Shown: positions 33,054 to 44,197, counted from the stretch's first letter. The stretch is 64,000 nucleotides of DNA from Gammaproteobacteria bacterium (GCA_963662545.2 CAXXLL010000003.1:1-64000), one strand, 5' to 3'. Notes: generated from the letters alone by a model not told the origin. Program-made: numbers and translations.

Positions 33054-33782
33054 ATGAAAATCCAGTTTTTCTCGGACATCCACCTCGAGTTCGGGCCAGC
33101 CGAACTGCCGCTGACCGATGCTGACATCATCGTCGCGGCAGGCGACGTGGGCGTCGGGACGACGGGCGCTGAATGGCTGAAAACGGGCGGTAAACCGACT
33201 CTATACATCGCCGGCAATCACGAATACTACGGCGGCGACATCGCCACGGTTCAACAGGACATTCAAGCGGCCGTGGCTGGGACGAAAATCGTCTTTCTCG
33301 AATGCGAATCGGCCGAGTTCGATGGGGTTAGATTCTTGGGTGCGACCTTCTGGACGAACTTCATGGGCGAAAACGAGAAGCTGATGGAAACGCTCAACGA
33401 GCAAATGAACGATTATCAACAGATCACTTATCAGGGACGCGACCTGGCGCCGCATGATCTGGCGGCGATCAACCGTGAATCCAGCGCCTGGCTGGAGGAG
33501 GAACTGGCCCGTGGCTACGACGGTAAAACCGTCGTCCTGACGCATCATGCGCCGCTCTTTGCAAGCTGGCGATCGTCTCTGAATTCCATTTTCAAAGGCG
33601 CCTATTGCAATAACTTGAGCCGCATGATCATCGACTACCCTATCGATCTCTGGATCCACGGACACATCCATGCGCGGTCGGACTATCTCGCGAACGATTT
33701 ACGTGTCGTGTGTAATCCTAGAGGTTATGACGGTTATCAACTGGTCGATGATTTCGACGCGGCACGGACCGTGACCGTGTGA
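33054..33782 (+). CDS. Metallophosphoesterase
   Basis: SDIHLE, AGD, GNHE, HHAP, HGHIH, NPRGY. Confidence 0.88.
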   Translation: MKIQFFSDIHLEFGPAELPLTDADIIVAAGDVGVGTTGAEWLKTGGKPTLYIAGNHEYYGGDIATVQQDIQAAVAGTKIVFLECESAEFDGVRFLGATFWTNFMGENEKLMETLNEQMNDYQQITYQGRDLAPHDLAAINRESSAWLEEELARGYDGKTVVLTHHAPLFASWRSSLNSIFKGAYCNNLSRMIIDYPIDLWIHGHIHARSDYLANDLRVVCNPRGYDGYQLVDDFDAARTVTV

Positions 33783-33948
33783 TTAGCGCGGGCGCCTTTT
33801 AAGGTCACGTTAATGCAGTCGTTTCTCAATACGAACGCACGTGCAGAAAACCGCCTGCCACACCCGGGCACGCTGTTCGCGGCGGCTATAGGGGCGATTA
33901 TGCTACGATGCGCGGTCAACTTGGAGGCCGAATCGAAACGGCGCTGTC

Positions 33949-34287
33949 ATGCCCGAAAAACATACTTATAGGATTACATTTCACAATCAGGGAAAGGTCT
34001 ACGAGATCTATGCACAGAGCGTGCATCAAAGCGGTCTTTTCGGATTCATCGAAGTGGAACAAATCGTTTTCGGCGCAAAGTCCTCAGTTGTCGTCGACCC
34101 GTCTGAGGAACATCTCAAAACTGAATTCGAGGGAGTCACTCGCACCTACCTCCCCATGCACGCCATCATACGAATCGACGAAGTTGAAAAGACCGGACAC
34201 AGCAAAATTACCGATGGGGACGAACGCAGTAACAACGTCACACCGTTCCCCGTTTTCACGCCGGGCCAGGGAACAACGAAATCCTGA
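33949..34287 (+). CDS. DUF1820 family protein
   Basis: F.NQGKVYEIYA, VVDPSEE.LK.EF, PMHAIIRIDEV. Confidence 0.8.
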   Translation: MPEKHTYRITFHNQGKVYEIYAQSVHQSGLFGFIEVEQIVFGAKSSVVVDPSEEHLKTEFEGVTRTYLPMHAIIRIDEVEKTGHSKITDGDERSNNVTPFPVFTPGQGTTKS

Positions 34288-34388
34288 CCCCCCCGAGGTG
34301 GCGGAATTTTTCGGCAGCGCCTCAGGTTTTTCGCTTTAAATACGCGTTGCGAATGATAGGACGTTTCCTTGTTTGTAACGGTATTCGT

Positions 34389-34473
34389 CATTCGCCCGCA
34401 AGCGGGCTCCTACGCAGCCCCCGCACTGTGTTGGCGAAATCTCGAATCATAGGAGCCCGCTTGCGGGCGAATT
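34389..34473. repeat. Inverted REP pair (REPIN-like)
   Basis: ATTCGCCCGCAAGCGGGCTCCTAC ... TAGGAGCCCGCTTGCGGGCGAAT. Confidence 0.75.
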
Positions 34474-34476
34474 GAA

Positions 34477-35004
34477 ATGTGTCTCGTAATTCGGAACAGC
34501 TTTCTGGTTGCGTTCATCGTCCTCTGCGGTGCGTGCAACGCGGCGGCTGCCGCCGCCGCGCCGTGGACATTACGAGAATCGAACGCCATCGCCGCAGCCG
34601 GATACGCGCACGCCGTACAGGTTGATAACTCCGGAGGAGAAATCCGGGTATTCCGGGACGACCGCGCCCGCGTTTTTCTCGAATTCAAAATCTCGCCGGG
34701 GTTCGACGGCTTCTCGCGCTCGAGCTGCCCGACCTTCCAGATTGATGGGCGGAAACCCATGCATTTTTTCGATATCGACCGGTCCTGTCGCGTCGACGTT
34801 AGCCGCGCGATTTACGCGCTCGGACAAATTCGAAACAAGGTACTCACGTCGCTGATTTTGCATCGCTTGATGAACGGCGGAACCGTGGCGTTTCGCTACC
34901 TGACGCAGAACGGTGCTTATCACGAATCGAGATTTGCGTTGTTGCAGTCCAAGCAGGTCCTGCGTAATGCGCTCGGCCTCGATACGCGCATCTCACCGGA
35001 ATAG
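34477..35004 (+). CDS. Hypothetical exported protein
   Basis: Signal-peptide-like N-terminus; fills the gap on the operon strand. Confidence 0.6.
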   Translation: MCLVIRNSFLVAFIVLCGACNAAAAAAAPWTLRESNAIAAAGYAHAVQVDNSGGEIRVFRDDRARVFLEFKISPGFDGFSRSSCPTFQIDGRKPMHFFDIDRSCRVDVSRAIYALGQIRNKVLTSLILHRLMNGGTVAFRYLTQNGAYHESRFALLQSKQVLRNALGLDTRISPE

Positions 35005-35029
35005 CCGGCGCCACTCTGACTGGGCCTAA

Positions 35030-36160
35030 ATGCGAATTACCGTGCTCGATTCGCTGGCCGACATCGATCCCAAAGTCTGGGATGCCATGGCAGGCGGCGA
35101 TCCTTTTCTCAAGCACGGCTTTCTTCACGGGCTGGAGGTCACCGGCTGTTTGGCACCGCAGGGCTGGTACCCGCAGCACCTCGCTGTTTATGACGATGAA
35201 GTCTTACGCGGCGTACTGCCGTTATATGTGCGCGACAACAGCTACGGCGAGTTTGTTTTCGACTGGAGCTGGGCCGACGCCTTCGAACGTGCCGGCGGAA
35301 ACTATTATCCCAAGCTGGTCACAGCAATTCCCTTTTCCCCAGTGACCGGACGGCGGCTGCTGATCGATCCTAATGCCGAAAACCGTGCACAAATCGCCGA
35401 ATTAATGGTCGGCGCGGGTGTTCGTGCCTGCGACGATAACGGTATGTCGTCCTGGCACTGCCTGTTCCCGGAACCAGACGAACTGGCATCCTTTGAGAAG
35501 GCCGGTCTACTGACGCGGCTCGGCTGTCAATATCATTGGTTCAATCACGACTACGCGGATTTCGACGATTTCCTCGCCGCCTTGACGTCCAAGAAGCGCA
35601 AACAAATCAAACGAGAGCGACGTAAGGTATGTGAACAAGACCTGGAGATCGAAGTGTTGGTGGGCGACGATATCAGTGCCGATCACTGGTCTATTTTTCA
35701 CCGCTTTTACTGCTCGACTTTCTATCGCAAGTGGGGCGAACCGCGCCTTACCGAATTGTTCTTTCAGACCTTGAACGAACGGCTTCCGGGCGCGCCCATG
35801 CTGTTACTTGCGAGCGCCGACGGTGAATATTTCGCGGGCGCTTTTGCGTTAGTGGGGGAAGACACGCTCTACGGCCGGCATTGGGGTTGCAGCGAGTCCC
35901 GCGATAATTTGCATTTTGAGCTGTGCTACTATCGAACCATCGAATACTGCATCCGGCACGGACTCAAGCGGCTCGATGCCGGTGCACAGGGCGAACACAA
36001 ACTTGCACGTGGATTCATCCCTGTCAGCACTTGGTCCATGCACTGGATACGCGACACCGGTTTCAGGCATGCCGTGGGCGAATTCGTGAAACGCGAACGC
36101 CAAGCGTTGGAACAACAAATGCGCGCGCTGGAAGCACACGTCGCCTTCAAGCAGGACTAA
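35030..36160 (+). CDS. GNAT/FemAB-like protein (DUF482)
   Basis: SYGEFVFDWSWA, YYPKL, LYGRHWG, LHFELCYY, GAQGEHKLARGF. Confidence 0.9.
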   Translation: MRITVLDSLADIDPKVWDAMAGGDPFLKHGFLHGLEVTGCLAPQGWYPQHLAVYDDEVLRGVLPLYVRDNSYGEFVFDWSWADAFERAGGNYYPKLVTAIPFSPVTGRRLLIDPNAENRAQIAELMVGAGVRACDDNGMSSWHCLFPEPDELASFEKAGLLTRLGCQYHWFNHDYADFDDFLAALTSKKRKQIKRERRKVCEQDLEIEVLVGDDISADHWSIFHRFYCSTFYRKWGEPRLTELFFQTLNERLPGAPMLLLASADGEYFAGAFALVGEDTLYGRHWGCSESRDNLHFELCYYRTIEYCIRHGLKRLDAGAQGEHKLARGFIPVSTWSMHWIRDTGFRHAVGEFVKRERQALEQQMRALEAHVAFKQD

Positions 36161-36182
36161 GGAACCTCTGAATAAGTTATGG
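36161..36182 (+). repeat. Solo MITE terminus
   Basis: GGAACCTCTGAATAAGTTATGG, 21/22 match to the TIR at 62977. Confidence 0.65.
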
Positions 36183-36203
36183 CACACCTGCCTTGCGCCT
36201 GCA

Positions 36204-36932
36204 ATGGATCGCCATGATCTGACCAGTTCCCTGTATTGGGTCCTGGATTGCCGCCTGGCCCAGGATTTCCCGCCGACCGATCACGCACTCGATGAACCGG
36301 ACGGCTTGCTCGCGATAGGCGGCGATCTCAGTGTCGAACGCCTGGTTCACGCGTATTCACGTGGAATTTTTCCGTGGTATTCGGACGGTCAACCGATTTT
36401 GTGGTGGACGCCGAACCCGCGATCGATCCTTGAGCCCGAAGCGGTTCATCTCTCTAAAAGCCTTGCCAGAAAAATTCGTAAAGGCCTTTTCAATCTCGAG
36501 TGGGACCTCGCGTTCGAGCTCGTTATCAACGCCTGCGCCGCACCACGCGACCCGCACGGAGGGACCTGGATCACGAGCGACATGCGCGACGCGTACCTGG
36601 AATTGTACCGGCGCGGCATTGCACATTCGGTCGAATGCTGGCGCGACGGGGTACTATGCGGTGGCCTCTACGGAATCGCAATCGGGCGCATTTTTTTCGG
36701 TGAATCGATGTTCAGTCACGAACGCGATGCATCCAAAGTTGCTTTCATTCACCTTTGCCGCCTGCTTGGGGATTGGGGTTATCGCTTGATTGACTGCCAG
36801 ATCCATACGCCACATCTTGAGCGGCTCGGCGCGCGATGCGTGTCACGCCACGATTTCGAAACAATGCTCCACACGTGGGTTGATCAAACCGTGTCGCCGT
36901 CGGCGTGGCAGCATCTAGGACGGCCGTCGTGA
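36204..36932 (+). CDS. aat: Leucyl/phenylalanyl-tRNA--protein transferase
   Basis: GLLAIGGDLS, GIFPW, AHSVE, GGLYG, FFGESMFS, ASKVA. Confidence 0.96.
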   Translation: MDRHDLTSSLYWVLDCRLAQDFPPTDHALDEPDGLLAIGGDLSVERLVHAYSRGIFPWYSDGQPILWWTPNPRSILEPEAVHLSKSLARKIRKGLFNLEWDLAFELVINACAAPRDPHGGTWITSDMRDAYLELYRRGIAHSVECWRDGVLCGGLYGIAIGRIFFGESMFSHERDASKVAFIHLCRLLGDWGYRLIDCQIHTPHLERLGARCVSRHDFETMLHTWVDQTVSPSAWQHLGRPS

Positions 36933-37693
36933 CTGAACCGCCGACGGCGCCCCGTCTCGGATTCTTTACCTCACCGCCGCATGAATGCGGCTACCTTCCG
37001 GCGCGTGACGCCGTGACGATGTTTACCGATCCACGTTTGAACCTGAATATCGAGGCCTATACCTGGCTTTCCGCACATGGATTCAGAAGAAGCGGCGCCC
37101 ATGTATACCGGCCACACTGTGGCTCGTGCAACGCCTGTATCGCGGTGCGCGTAGCCGTCGATGAATTCAAACCGCGTCGGATTCACCAGCGCACGATCGT
37201 GGCGAACCAGGACCTCGAAATCAAACATCGGCCGGCGTGTTTCGACCCCGAGCATTTTCGACTGTACGAATCCTATCTCACCGCGCGGCATCCCGATTCC
37301 CGGATGGATTCATCCAGCCCCAGCGCATACATGAGTTTTCTCACGGCTTACTGGTGCGAAACGGATTTCTACGAATTTCGCCGCAAGGATGAGCTACTGG
37401 CCGTCGCCGTCGTCGACAAACTCGGTGACGGGTTGTCGTCGGTCTATACATTTTTCTCGCCCGATCACCAAAACCGCAGCCTTGGGCGGTTCGCCATACT
37501 CAAGCAGATCGAATGGGCCCGCACGGCCGAACTTCCCTGGCTGTATCTCGGATACTGGATCAAAGCTTGCGGCAAGATGTCTTATAAAAACGAGTATGCG
37601 CCGCTCGAATACTACCGAGACGGTCATTGGACGAGGGATCCCGCTTCGCGTAGCGCCATCGTGGAAAGCCGCGAAGCGCAATCCCGTCGATGA
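36929..37693 (+). CDS. bpt: Arginyl/aspartate-glutamate leucyltransferase (ATE/Bpt)
   Basis: CGYLP, GFRRSG, YRPHC, SSVYTFF, LYLGYWI..KMSYK. Confidence 0.9.
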   Translation: MTEPPTAPRLGFFTSPPHECGYLPARDAVTMFTDPRLNLNIEAYTWLSAHGFRRSGAHVYRPHCGSCNACIAVRVAVDEFKPRRIHQRTIVANQDLEIKHRPACFDPEHFRLYESYLTARHPDSRMDSSSPSAYMSFLTAYWCETDFYEFRRKDELLAVAVVDKLGDGLSSVYTFFSPDHQNRSLGRFAILKQIEWARTAELPWLYLGYWIKACGKMSYKNEYAPLEYYRDGHWTRDPASRSAIVESREAQSRR

Positions 37694-37781
37694 ACGCGGC
37701 ATTTTCTTCTTTTGCGACTGCCTTTGCTGCGCCTGCCCGATTGAGGCACAATTGCGCGCTTCCTAGCGAGACCGAGGAATT

Positions 37782-38000
37782 ATGCCAAAGGAAGACCAAA
37801 TCGAAATGCAGGGTAAGGTCATCGAAACCTTGCCCAACACCATGTTTCGAGTGGAACTCGAAAATGGCCATGTCGTGACCGCTCACATATCCGGCAAGAT
37901 GCGAAAAAATTACATCCGCATTCTGACGGGGGATACAGTGACGGTCGAACTGACGCCCTACGATCTCTCGAAGGGACGGATCACCTACCGCGCCCGCTGA
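37782..38000 (+). CDS. infA: Translation initiation factor IF-1
   Basis: [31 protein letters not shown]. Confidence 0.99.
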   Translation: MPKEDQIEMQGKVIETLPNTMFRVELENGHVVTAHISGKMRKNYIRILTGDTVTVELTPYDLSKGRITYRAR

Positions 38001-38066
38001 GCACAGGGTTTCGATGGTCCGCCGTTGAATTCTGGGCGGCCGAAAACCGGGGTTTTCGCCAACCTA

Positions 38067-38525
38067 TCAAGAGCGCAGCTCGGCCAGCAGTGCAATGACA
38101 CCGTCGGCGATGAGGCGGCCCGCCGTTTCGTATCCCCGCCGATTACCGCCGTAAGGATCCGGCACTTCGATGAATCCTGAGCGTGCGGTGGAAGGCATCA
38201 AAGTGATCGTTCCCGCAAACGCCTCCGGCCGTATGAAGCTGATCAGATCCAGATGTCCCCGGTCCAGCGCCACAATGGTATCGAACCGTACGAAATCCGC
38301 CTGCTCGAGTGGGCGAGATCGCAATGCGGAGATGTCCGCACCATACGCGGCGGCAACGGCTACCGCGGCAGGTGCCGGGCAAATACCCTCCCCGGCGTGC
38401 GTCCCGGCGGAATCGACCAGCCACCCGGTGTGTTCGCCATACCCGTCGAGTGCGGCCTGGAACAGGCCCTCGGCCATCGGCGAGCGGCAGATATTACCGG
38501 TGCAAACGAATAAGACGCGCTGCAT
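38067..38525 (-). CDS. Low-molecular-weight protein-tyrosine phosphatase
   Basis: VCTGNICRSP, DSAGT, VPDPYG. Confidence 0.93.
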   Translation of the reverse strand: MQRVLFVCTGNICRSPMAEGLFQAALDGYGEHTGWLVDSAGTHAGEGICPAPAAVAVAAAYGADISALRSRPLEQADFVRFDTIVALDRGHLDLISFIRPEAFAGTITLMPSTARSGFIEVPDPYGGNRRGYETAGRLIADGVIALLAELRS

Positions 38526-38689
38526 GCGCTAGTAAGCCGTCCGGCCAATCGGTTCCACAATTTGCTGTTTCTTTTTGCCCCCGGATGTCGTGCTCGTCCT
38601 TGTGCAAGGCCCGCTACACGGCGTTTTCACGGCGTGCCAGCAACAATTATCCCTGCGCGACTTATGAAACCAGTTCGCGGGACGGCACA

Positions 38690-39433
38690 CTAGGCTCGGC
38701 GCAGCTGCTCCAGATCAGCGCGCGTATCGATGCCGGCGCCGCAAGCGGCGACGGCATCGGCGGCAATAATACTTGCACCGAAATCGAGTGCACGCAGCTG
38801 TTCCAGGCATTCGAGTTCCTCGATCTGCACGGGCGGTGCGGCCGCGAAACGGGCGAGGAAGTCGGTGCGAAACCCATAGATGCCGACATGCCGCCGGTAC
38901 GCCTCTAGCGCATGAGTCACCCGAGCACCATCGGCAAATTCGTCCCGGCTCCACGGAATTGTCGCGCGGCTGAAGTAGAGTGCGCGGTCGTTTGAGTCGC
39001 GTACCAGCTTGACGACGTTGGGGTCGAACAGCTGCTCGAATGCAAGCGGTTCACAAATGGTCGCGAGGTCGCATTCCGGACTCTGGGCCAGCGCGGCGAC
39101 CTGTCGAATCACACTGGCCGGAATATCCGGTGTATCGCCCTGGACATTGACGATCACGAGATCAGCCGGTTCGCCCCTGACGCGCACTGCTTCTGCAATT
39201 CGATCGGTTCCGGAGCGGTGATTGGGGGATGTCATGCAGGCGCTGGCCCCGAATCCAATGGCCGCGTTCAGGATGCGTTCGTCATCGGTCGCAATGATGA
39301 CGTCTTCCGCGCCGCTCTCGCGCGCGCGTTCATAGGCATGCTGGATCAGCGGTTTCCCATGAATCTCAAGAAGCGGCTTACCCGGCAGGCGAGTCGCACC
39401 GTAGCGAGCCGGGATGTAAACCTTGAACTTCAA
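38690..39433 (-). CDS. kdsB: 3-deoxy-manno-octulosonate cytidylyltransferase
   Basis: [37 protein letters not shown]. Confidence 0.96.
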   Translation of the reverse strand: MKFKVYIPARYGATRLPGKPLLEIHGKPLIQHAYERARESGAEDVIIATDDERILNAAIGFGASACMTSPNHRSGTDRIAEAVRVRGEPADLVIVNVQGDTPDIPASVIRQVAALAQSPECDLATICEPLAFEQLFDPNVVKLVRDSNDRALYFSRATIPWSRDEFADGARVTHALEAYRRHVGIYGFRTDFLARFAAAPPVQIEELECLEQLRALDFGASIIAADAVAACGAGIDTRADLEQLRRA

Positions 39434-39621
39434 GAACCCAGCTGCTCGATTTCTTCGGGGCTGATCTCACGCGCTTCGTCCTCCAACATCACCGGTATCC
39501 CATCGCGTATGGGATAGGCCAGCCGGGCTGCTTTCGAAATCAGTTCGCCCTTTTCTTTGTCGTAAATAAGTGCGCCTTTCGTTACGGGGCACACGAGCAG
39601 ATCAAGCAGCTTCTTGTCCAT
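39430..39621 (-). CDS. Trm112/YcaR family protein
   Basis: [25 protein letters not shown]. Confidence 0.92.
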   Translation of the reverse strand: MDKKLLDLLVCPVTKGALIYDKEKGELISKAARLAYPIRDGIPVMLEDEAREISPEEIEQLGS

Positions 39622-40612
39622 GGAATACCCTTCTCAATAGCGTTTTGACACGGCGTTCGAATACGTCGGGAAGTTCGGCCGCGACCGGTACGTACCAGAA
39701 TCGATCGTCCTTTAGATGTTCGCACTTTACTGCATCCTTTTCGGTCATGAGAACCGGATGCTCGTCACCGAAAGCGAAATCGTCCGCCACAAAACGATGA
39801 TGATCGGGAAACGGATGCGGCGTGACGCGAAATCCGTTGCGCTTGAGGAGTGCGAAGAAACGCTCCGGATTACCGATTCCCGCAACCGCATGTACTACTT
39901 TTGGCGCAAACGCCTCGAACGTTTCCGAGCTTTGGGCGTCCATCATTCGATGGACGCGACCAGCGAGGTATCGCATCGAAAATTCGCCGCGCGCGGCCAG
40001 ACCATTGGTCACGATCAAGTCGACCCGGTCAAGTCGGGACGGCGGTTCCCGCAGCGGTCCCGCCGGCAGGCAGGCGCCGTTTCCAAAGCGGCGAATACCG
40101 TCGACGACGGCGATTTCGATGTCACGAGCGAGCGCGTAATGTTGCAGCCCATCGTCGCTGATAATGATGTTCACGCCGGAATGCTTGCGTAGCGCAATGA
40201 TGGCCATACGGCGATTCGGCCCGACCGCGACGGGCATTCCGGTACGCCGGGCCAGAAGCACCGCTTCGTCGCCAACGGCAACGGGATCGCTGTCGGCCCT
40301 GACCTGTTGCGGCCAGTTCGTCGCAATACCACGGTAGCCCCGTGCGACGATCCCCGGCTGGAAACCAAAATCCTTCAACTTACGAGCGAGCCAGATCACC
40401 AGGGGTGTTTTACCCGTACCCCCGATCGATATGTTCCCGACGACGATGATCGGTACCGGCGCTCGGTAAACGCTGAGCAGCCCCGACTCATACGCCGCCC
40501 GGCGCGCCCAGGCACATGCCTGATAAAGACGGCCCAGCGGGGCGAGCAGGATGCGGGCAGGGTGTTTTCCGTACCAGACGTCGTCGAGCATGTCATGCCA
40601 GGTGTTGTTCAA
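39602..40612 (-). CDS. lpxK: Tetraacyldisaccharide 4'-kinase
   Basis: [36 protein letters not shown]; start uncertain. Confidence 0.95.
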   Translation of the reverse strand: MNNTWHDMLDDVWYGKHPARILLAPLGRLYQACAWARRAAYESGLLSVYRAPVPIIVVGNISIGGTGKTPLVIWLARKLKDFGFQPGIVARGYRGIATNWPQQVRADSDPVAVGDEAVLLARRTGMPVAVGPNRRMAIIALRKHSGVNIIISDDGLQHYALARDIEIAVVDGIRRFGNGACLPAGPLREPPSRLDRVDLIVTNGLAARGEFSMRYLAGRVHRMMDAQSSETFEAFAPKVVHAVAGIGNPERFFALLKRNGFRVTPHPFPDHHRFVADDFAFGDEHPVLMTEKDAVKCEHLKDDRFWYVPVAAELPDVFERRVKTLLRRVFHGQEAA

Positions 40613-40631
40613 GCGATCCGCGCCTCGGCAC

Positions 40632-41051
40632 TCACTCCTGCTCGCGTAAACGTGTCGGGAATGTGATTCGGTATAGCTTAGCCTGCCGCGCCGCATCCAT
40701 AACGTCGACCACCGTTTGGTGGCTGGCTTGTGCGTCGGCACGGATGATCACGACCGGGTCACCGTCGTCGGTTCGTGCATCCAGCAAGGCTTGCCGGATC
40801 GTAATGAGTTTGGTGTTGATCAAGGCCATTTCGTTGATGAAAATATTACCCTCGCGATCAATTGATATTTCAATCTTGTCGAGTGGATCTTCACGCAATT
40901 CCTCGCTGGCCTGGGGTAGGGTCAGGTCGATTTCCGACTCCTTGATGAACGTGGTTGAAACCATGAAGAAAATGAGCAGCAGGAATACAACGTCGATTAA
41001 CGGCGTCAGATTGATATCGACGTCCTGTTCACTGGTCGGTCGGAAATTCAC
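40632..41051 (-). CDS. exbD: Biopolymer transporter ExbD/TolR
   Basis: INLTPLIDVVFLLLIFFMV. Confidence 0.9.
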   Translation of the reverse strand: MNFRPTSEQDVDINLTPLIDVVFLLLIFFMVSTTFIKESEIDLTLPQASEELREDPLDKIEISIDREGNIFINEMALINTKLITIRQALLDARTDDGDPVVIIRADAQASHQTVVDVMDAARQAKLYRITFPTRLREQE

Positions 41052-41052
41052 G

Positions 41053-41685
41053 TCAGCCGCCGGATCCTGCTTCTTCTCTTTCGCGTTCGCCGTGCAGTAC
41101 TTCGACGAGCTTCAGCGCTTCCTGCTCCATTGCGACGACGAAACCTTCAACCCGGCCGCGAAAAAACCGATAGAACATTAGTGTCGGGATCGCCACGGAC
41201 AGCCCTGCAGCGGTCGTGATCAAGGCTTCCGAGATCCCGCCGGCAAGAACAGAAGCATCACCCACGCCCTGTGCCGTGATCGCCGCGAAGACCTTGATCA
41301 TGCCGATCACGGTGCCGAGTAAACCGAGCAAGGGCGTAATCGCGGCAATGGTTCCGAGTGTGTTCAGGTAACGTCCCAATTCATAGACGACGTGCCGGCC
41401 CACTTCCTCGATGCTTTCCTTCATGACGATGCGGTCATGCTCCCGATTGACCAGCCCGGCGGACAACACCCTGCCCAGTGGCGAGCCGTCGCGCAACGCC
41501 TGAATACGCTTTGCATCGAGGACATCGGAGCGCGCCCATTGCCAGACCTGAGCGACGAGGTTATCCGGCGTAATACGGCGGGTCTGTAACGACCAGAAGC
41601 GCTCGACGATGAGCGCCATGGCGATGACGGAGGACATCAATATCGGCAACATCATCCATCCACCTGCTTTGACGAATTCCAACAC
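41053..41685 (-). CDS. MotA/TolQ/ExbB proton channel
   Basis: PLLGLLGTV.GMI, GISEALITTAAGL. Confidence 0.92.
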   Translation of the reverse strand: MLEFVKAGGWMMLPILMSSVIAMALIVERFWSLQTRRITPDNLVAQVWQWARSDVLDAKRIQALRDGSPLGRVLSAGLVNREHDRIVMKESIEEVGRHVVYELGRYLNTLGTIAAITPLLGLLGTVIGMIKVFAAITAQGVGDASVLAGGISEALITTAAGLSVAIPTLMFYRFFRGRVEGFVVAMEQEALKLVEVLHGEREREEAGSGG

Positions 41686-41799
41686 GGGGGGACACTCTCC
41701 TCACAACGCGTGCGCTGCACACCAGATTGCGGCAGACCTTACCAAACGGAATGTAACGCGCCTAGCCCGGATATCTCACCAGACGGTCTTCCGTGGCTC

Positions 41800-44085
41800 C
41801 TAACCACCCCTGCTTCGCCAAAATCCCCATCCCGACTCACGATACGTGCTCACTCGGATCGCATGACGCCCGACCTCGAGCCTGACGGCGCCCTGCTTCG
41901 CGGTGTTCAGCACCCGTGCACCGCGGTCGCGATAGCGTGCGACGACTTGGGCGTGAGGGAAGCCGTAACGGTTGCGGTAACCCGCGGAAACGACCGCGAA
42001 CTCTGGCCGCACGGCGTCCGCGAACGCCGCCGTTGAGGAGCTGATGCTGCCGTGGTGCGGCACGATCAAGACCTCGACAGCCAAGGCCGCGCCATAACGG
42101 TCGAGTAGCAACGATTCGCCACCGCTTTCGACATCGCCGGGCAGCAGCGCGCCGCCGCCCGATCCATCGATGGCGAGAACACAGGAGCGATCGTTGCGAG
42201 ATCCTTGATCGCGTGGGAAAGGATGCAGGATCCGGAACGACACGCCGTCCCAGGTCCAGCCGTCCGCTGCCCGGCACAGCGCCGCATGCGGTAAGGGATC
42301 GGACCGACGGCTCTCAGAAACGAGTACGCGCTGAACGGGCATGGCTTCTATCACCGCATGCGCACCACCCGCGTGATCGGCATCGGCATGGCTGATGATC
42401 ACGGCGTCAAGCCGATCGACGCCAAGCGCCTTCAAGGCTGGCAAGATCACGACCGAACCGGCTTCCGAGGGCCCACCCCACCAGCGCGGCCCGGTATCAT
42501 AGAGCGCCGCATGGCGCCTGGTCTGCACCAGGATCGCAAGCCCCTGCCCAACGTCAAACACCTCGAGTCGAAACTCGCCGTCTTCCAGAGGCCGCTGGCG
42601 CGGAAGGGCGCAGGTGCACAACAGCAGAATGCCGAGCACACGTCCTGCAACACCGCGGGGCAACGCAAGAATGGATAGGCCCAGAACGAGCAGCACGGCA
42701 CCACCCGCGTCGATTGATCCCGCGACCATAAGCCGCGGAGATACGGCCGCCAGGTATTCGAGAAAACGCCAGAGCAGCAGCCACGAGCGCGCCGCCATAT
42801 CCCACAGCAAGGGCGCGATCGCGCCATCGAGGAGTGAGCAAATAACGCCGAGAAGCGTTAGCGGAACCACGAAAGCTGCGCACCAGGGGACTGCGACGAG
42901 GTTTGCGACCGGTGCCGTCAACGACAGTTGACCGAAGAAAAGCGCCGCGAGCGGCGCGATGCCGATTGCCAGGGCGAGGTGCGAACGCCAGTGGCGGGCA
43001 AAGCCGGCGCGGTGCGTGACCGCGCCCATCCATACGAGGATTCCGGCAGCACAGAATGACAACCAGAATCCGCCCGACAAAGGGCTCAGGGGATCGGCCG
43101 TAACGACCGCCACAAGGGCCAGGGACAGGTTGTCCGAACTCAGTACGCGCCGACCTTTGAGCGCGGCGAAGCCGGCCGTTGCGACGACGATGGCAGCGCG
43201 CCGCGCGGGTACGCCAAATCCTGCGAGTGCGGCATAGGCTAGAGCGGCAGCGACCGCCATAAACCAGGCCAAACGAATCGCGGGATACGATTGGCGGTGC
43301 CGAAAACCATAGCCCCCAGCGTAACGCGACAACAAAAACGTCCATCCGGCCACCAGGGAAACGTGTAGGCCGGAGATTGCGAGCAGGTGCCCAGTCCCGG
43401 TCTGGCGCATCACATCCCACTGTCCATCCCCAAGTCCGCTACGATCCGACACCGCCAGGGCCTTGATCACCGCCGCCGTTGCGGGTACCGGGATCGCGGC
43501 ATCGATGCGTGCGCTGAGACGGCTTCGAATACCGGCTAGCGAGCGTGCCGGCGCGATGTCCAAACAGAGGTTTTCCGGATGAGCCACGACATAACCACGG
43601 GCTCCAACGCCGCGAACGAGCAAGGCGCGTTCCAAATCCCGCCCGCCCGGGTTTGCAAAGGCGTGCGGACGTTTTAGGCGCACGTAAAGTTCACACCAGG
43701 CGCCCAGTGGCGGTAGTGCAGGGTTGTCGAACCAGACGAGGGCGACGCGTCGAGGTAGCGCACGCCCGTCACGCCGTCTATCGTCGAGTTTGAGATTGAA
43801 CGAAACTAAGCCGCCGCGTCGGATGGCGAATGAGTCCACGACGCCACCCACTTTCAGCACCTCGCCTTCGAGTTCCGGCGCAACCCGATCGTCGAGGGCA
43901 CCGCTGATGCTCAGGCTCGCCCAGGCGAAACCCGCAAGCGCGAGTGCCGGTAGACGCGTCGCCCGACAAACGGCCGCGGCGGCGGCGATACTGATCAACA
44001 ATATCGCCGTTGTACTATGCGGCGGCGCCGGATTAGCGAGCGCGCTCAGAATACCGGCGAGGTAAAATGCCCCGTAAACCTGCAT
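41800..44085 (-). CDS. comEC: DNA internalization competence protein ComEC/Rec2
   Basis: NPGG.D, HLLAISGLH, DVGQG, SHADADH, PHHGS, NRYGFPH. Confidence 0.93.
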   Translation of the reverse strand: MQVYGAFYLAGILSALANPAPPHSTTAILLISIAAAAAVCRATRLPALALAGFAWASLSISGALDDRVAPELEGEVLKVGGVVDSFAIRRGGLVSFNLKLDDRRRDGRALPRRVALVWFDNPALPPLGAWCELYVRLKRPHAFANPGGRDLERALLVRGVGARGYVVAHPENLCLDIAPARSLAGIRSRLSARIDAAIPVPATAAVIKALAVSDRSGLGDGQWDVMRQTGTGHLLAISGLHVSLVAGWTFLLSRYAGGYGFRHRQSYPAIRLAWFMAVAAALAYAALAGFGVPARRAAIVVATAGFAALKGRRVLSSDNLSLALVAVVTADPLSPLSGGFWLSFCAAGILVWMGAVTHRAGFARHWRSHLALAIGIAPLAALFFGQLSLTAPVANLVAVPWCAAFVVPLTLLGVICSLLDGAIAPLLWDMAARSWLLLWRFLEYLAAVSPRLMVAGSIDAGGAVLLVLGLSILALPRGVAGRVLGILLLCTCALPRQRPLEDGEFRLEVFDVGQGLAILVQTRRHAALYDTGPRWWGGPSEAGSVVILPALKALGVDRLDAVIISHADADHAGGAHAVIEAMPVQRVLVSESRRSDPLPHAALCRAADGWTWDGVSFRILHPFPRDQGSRNDRSCVLAIDGSGGGALLPGDVESGGESLLLDRYGAALAVEVLIVPHHGSISSSTAAFADAVRPEFAVVSAGYRNRYGFPHAQVVARYRDRGARVLNTAKQGAVRLEVGRHAIRVSTYRESGWGFWRSRGG

Positions 44086-44197
44086 TTGTCATCCATGACA
44101 ACTTCCCCCATCCATTTCTAACGACTGCGGCCCGCACCTATGCTCGCAGCCCATATGGCAGTTCAAGCTTGAAGTGTAACTCAACAAGCCCGCGATA

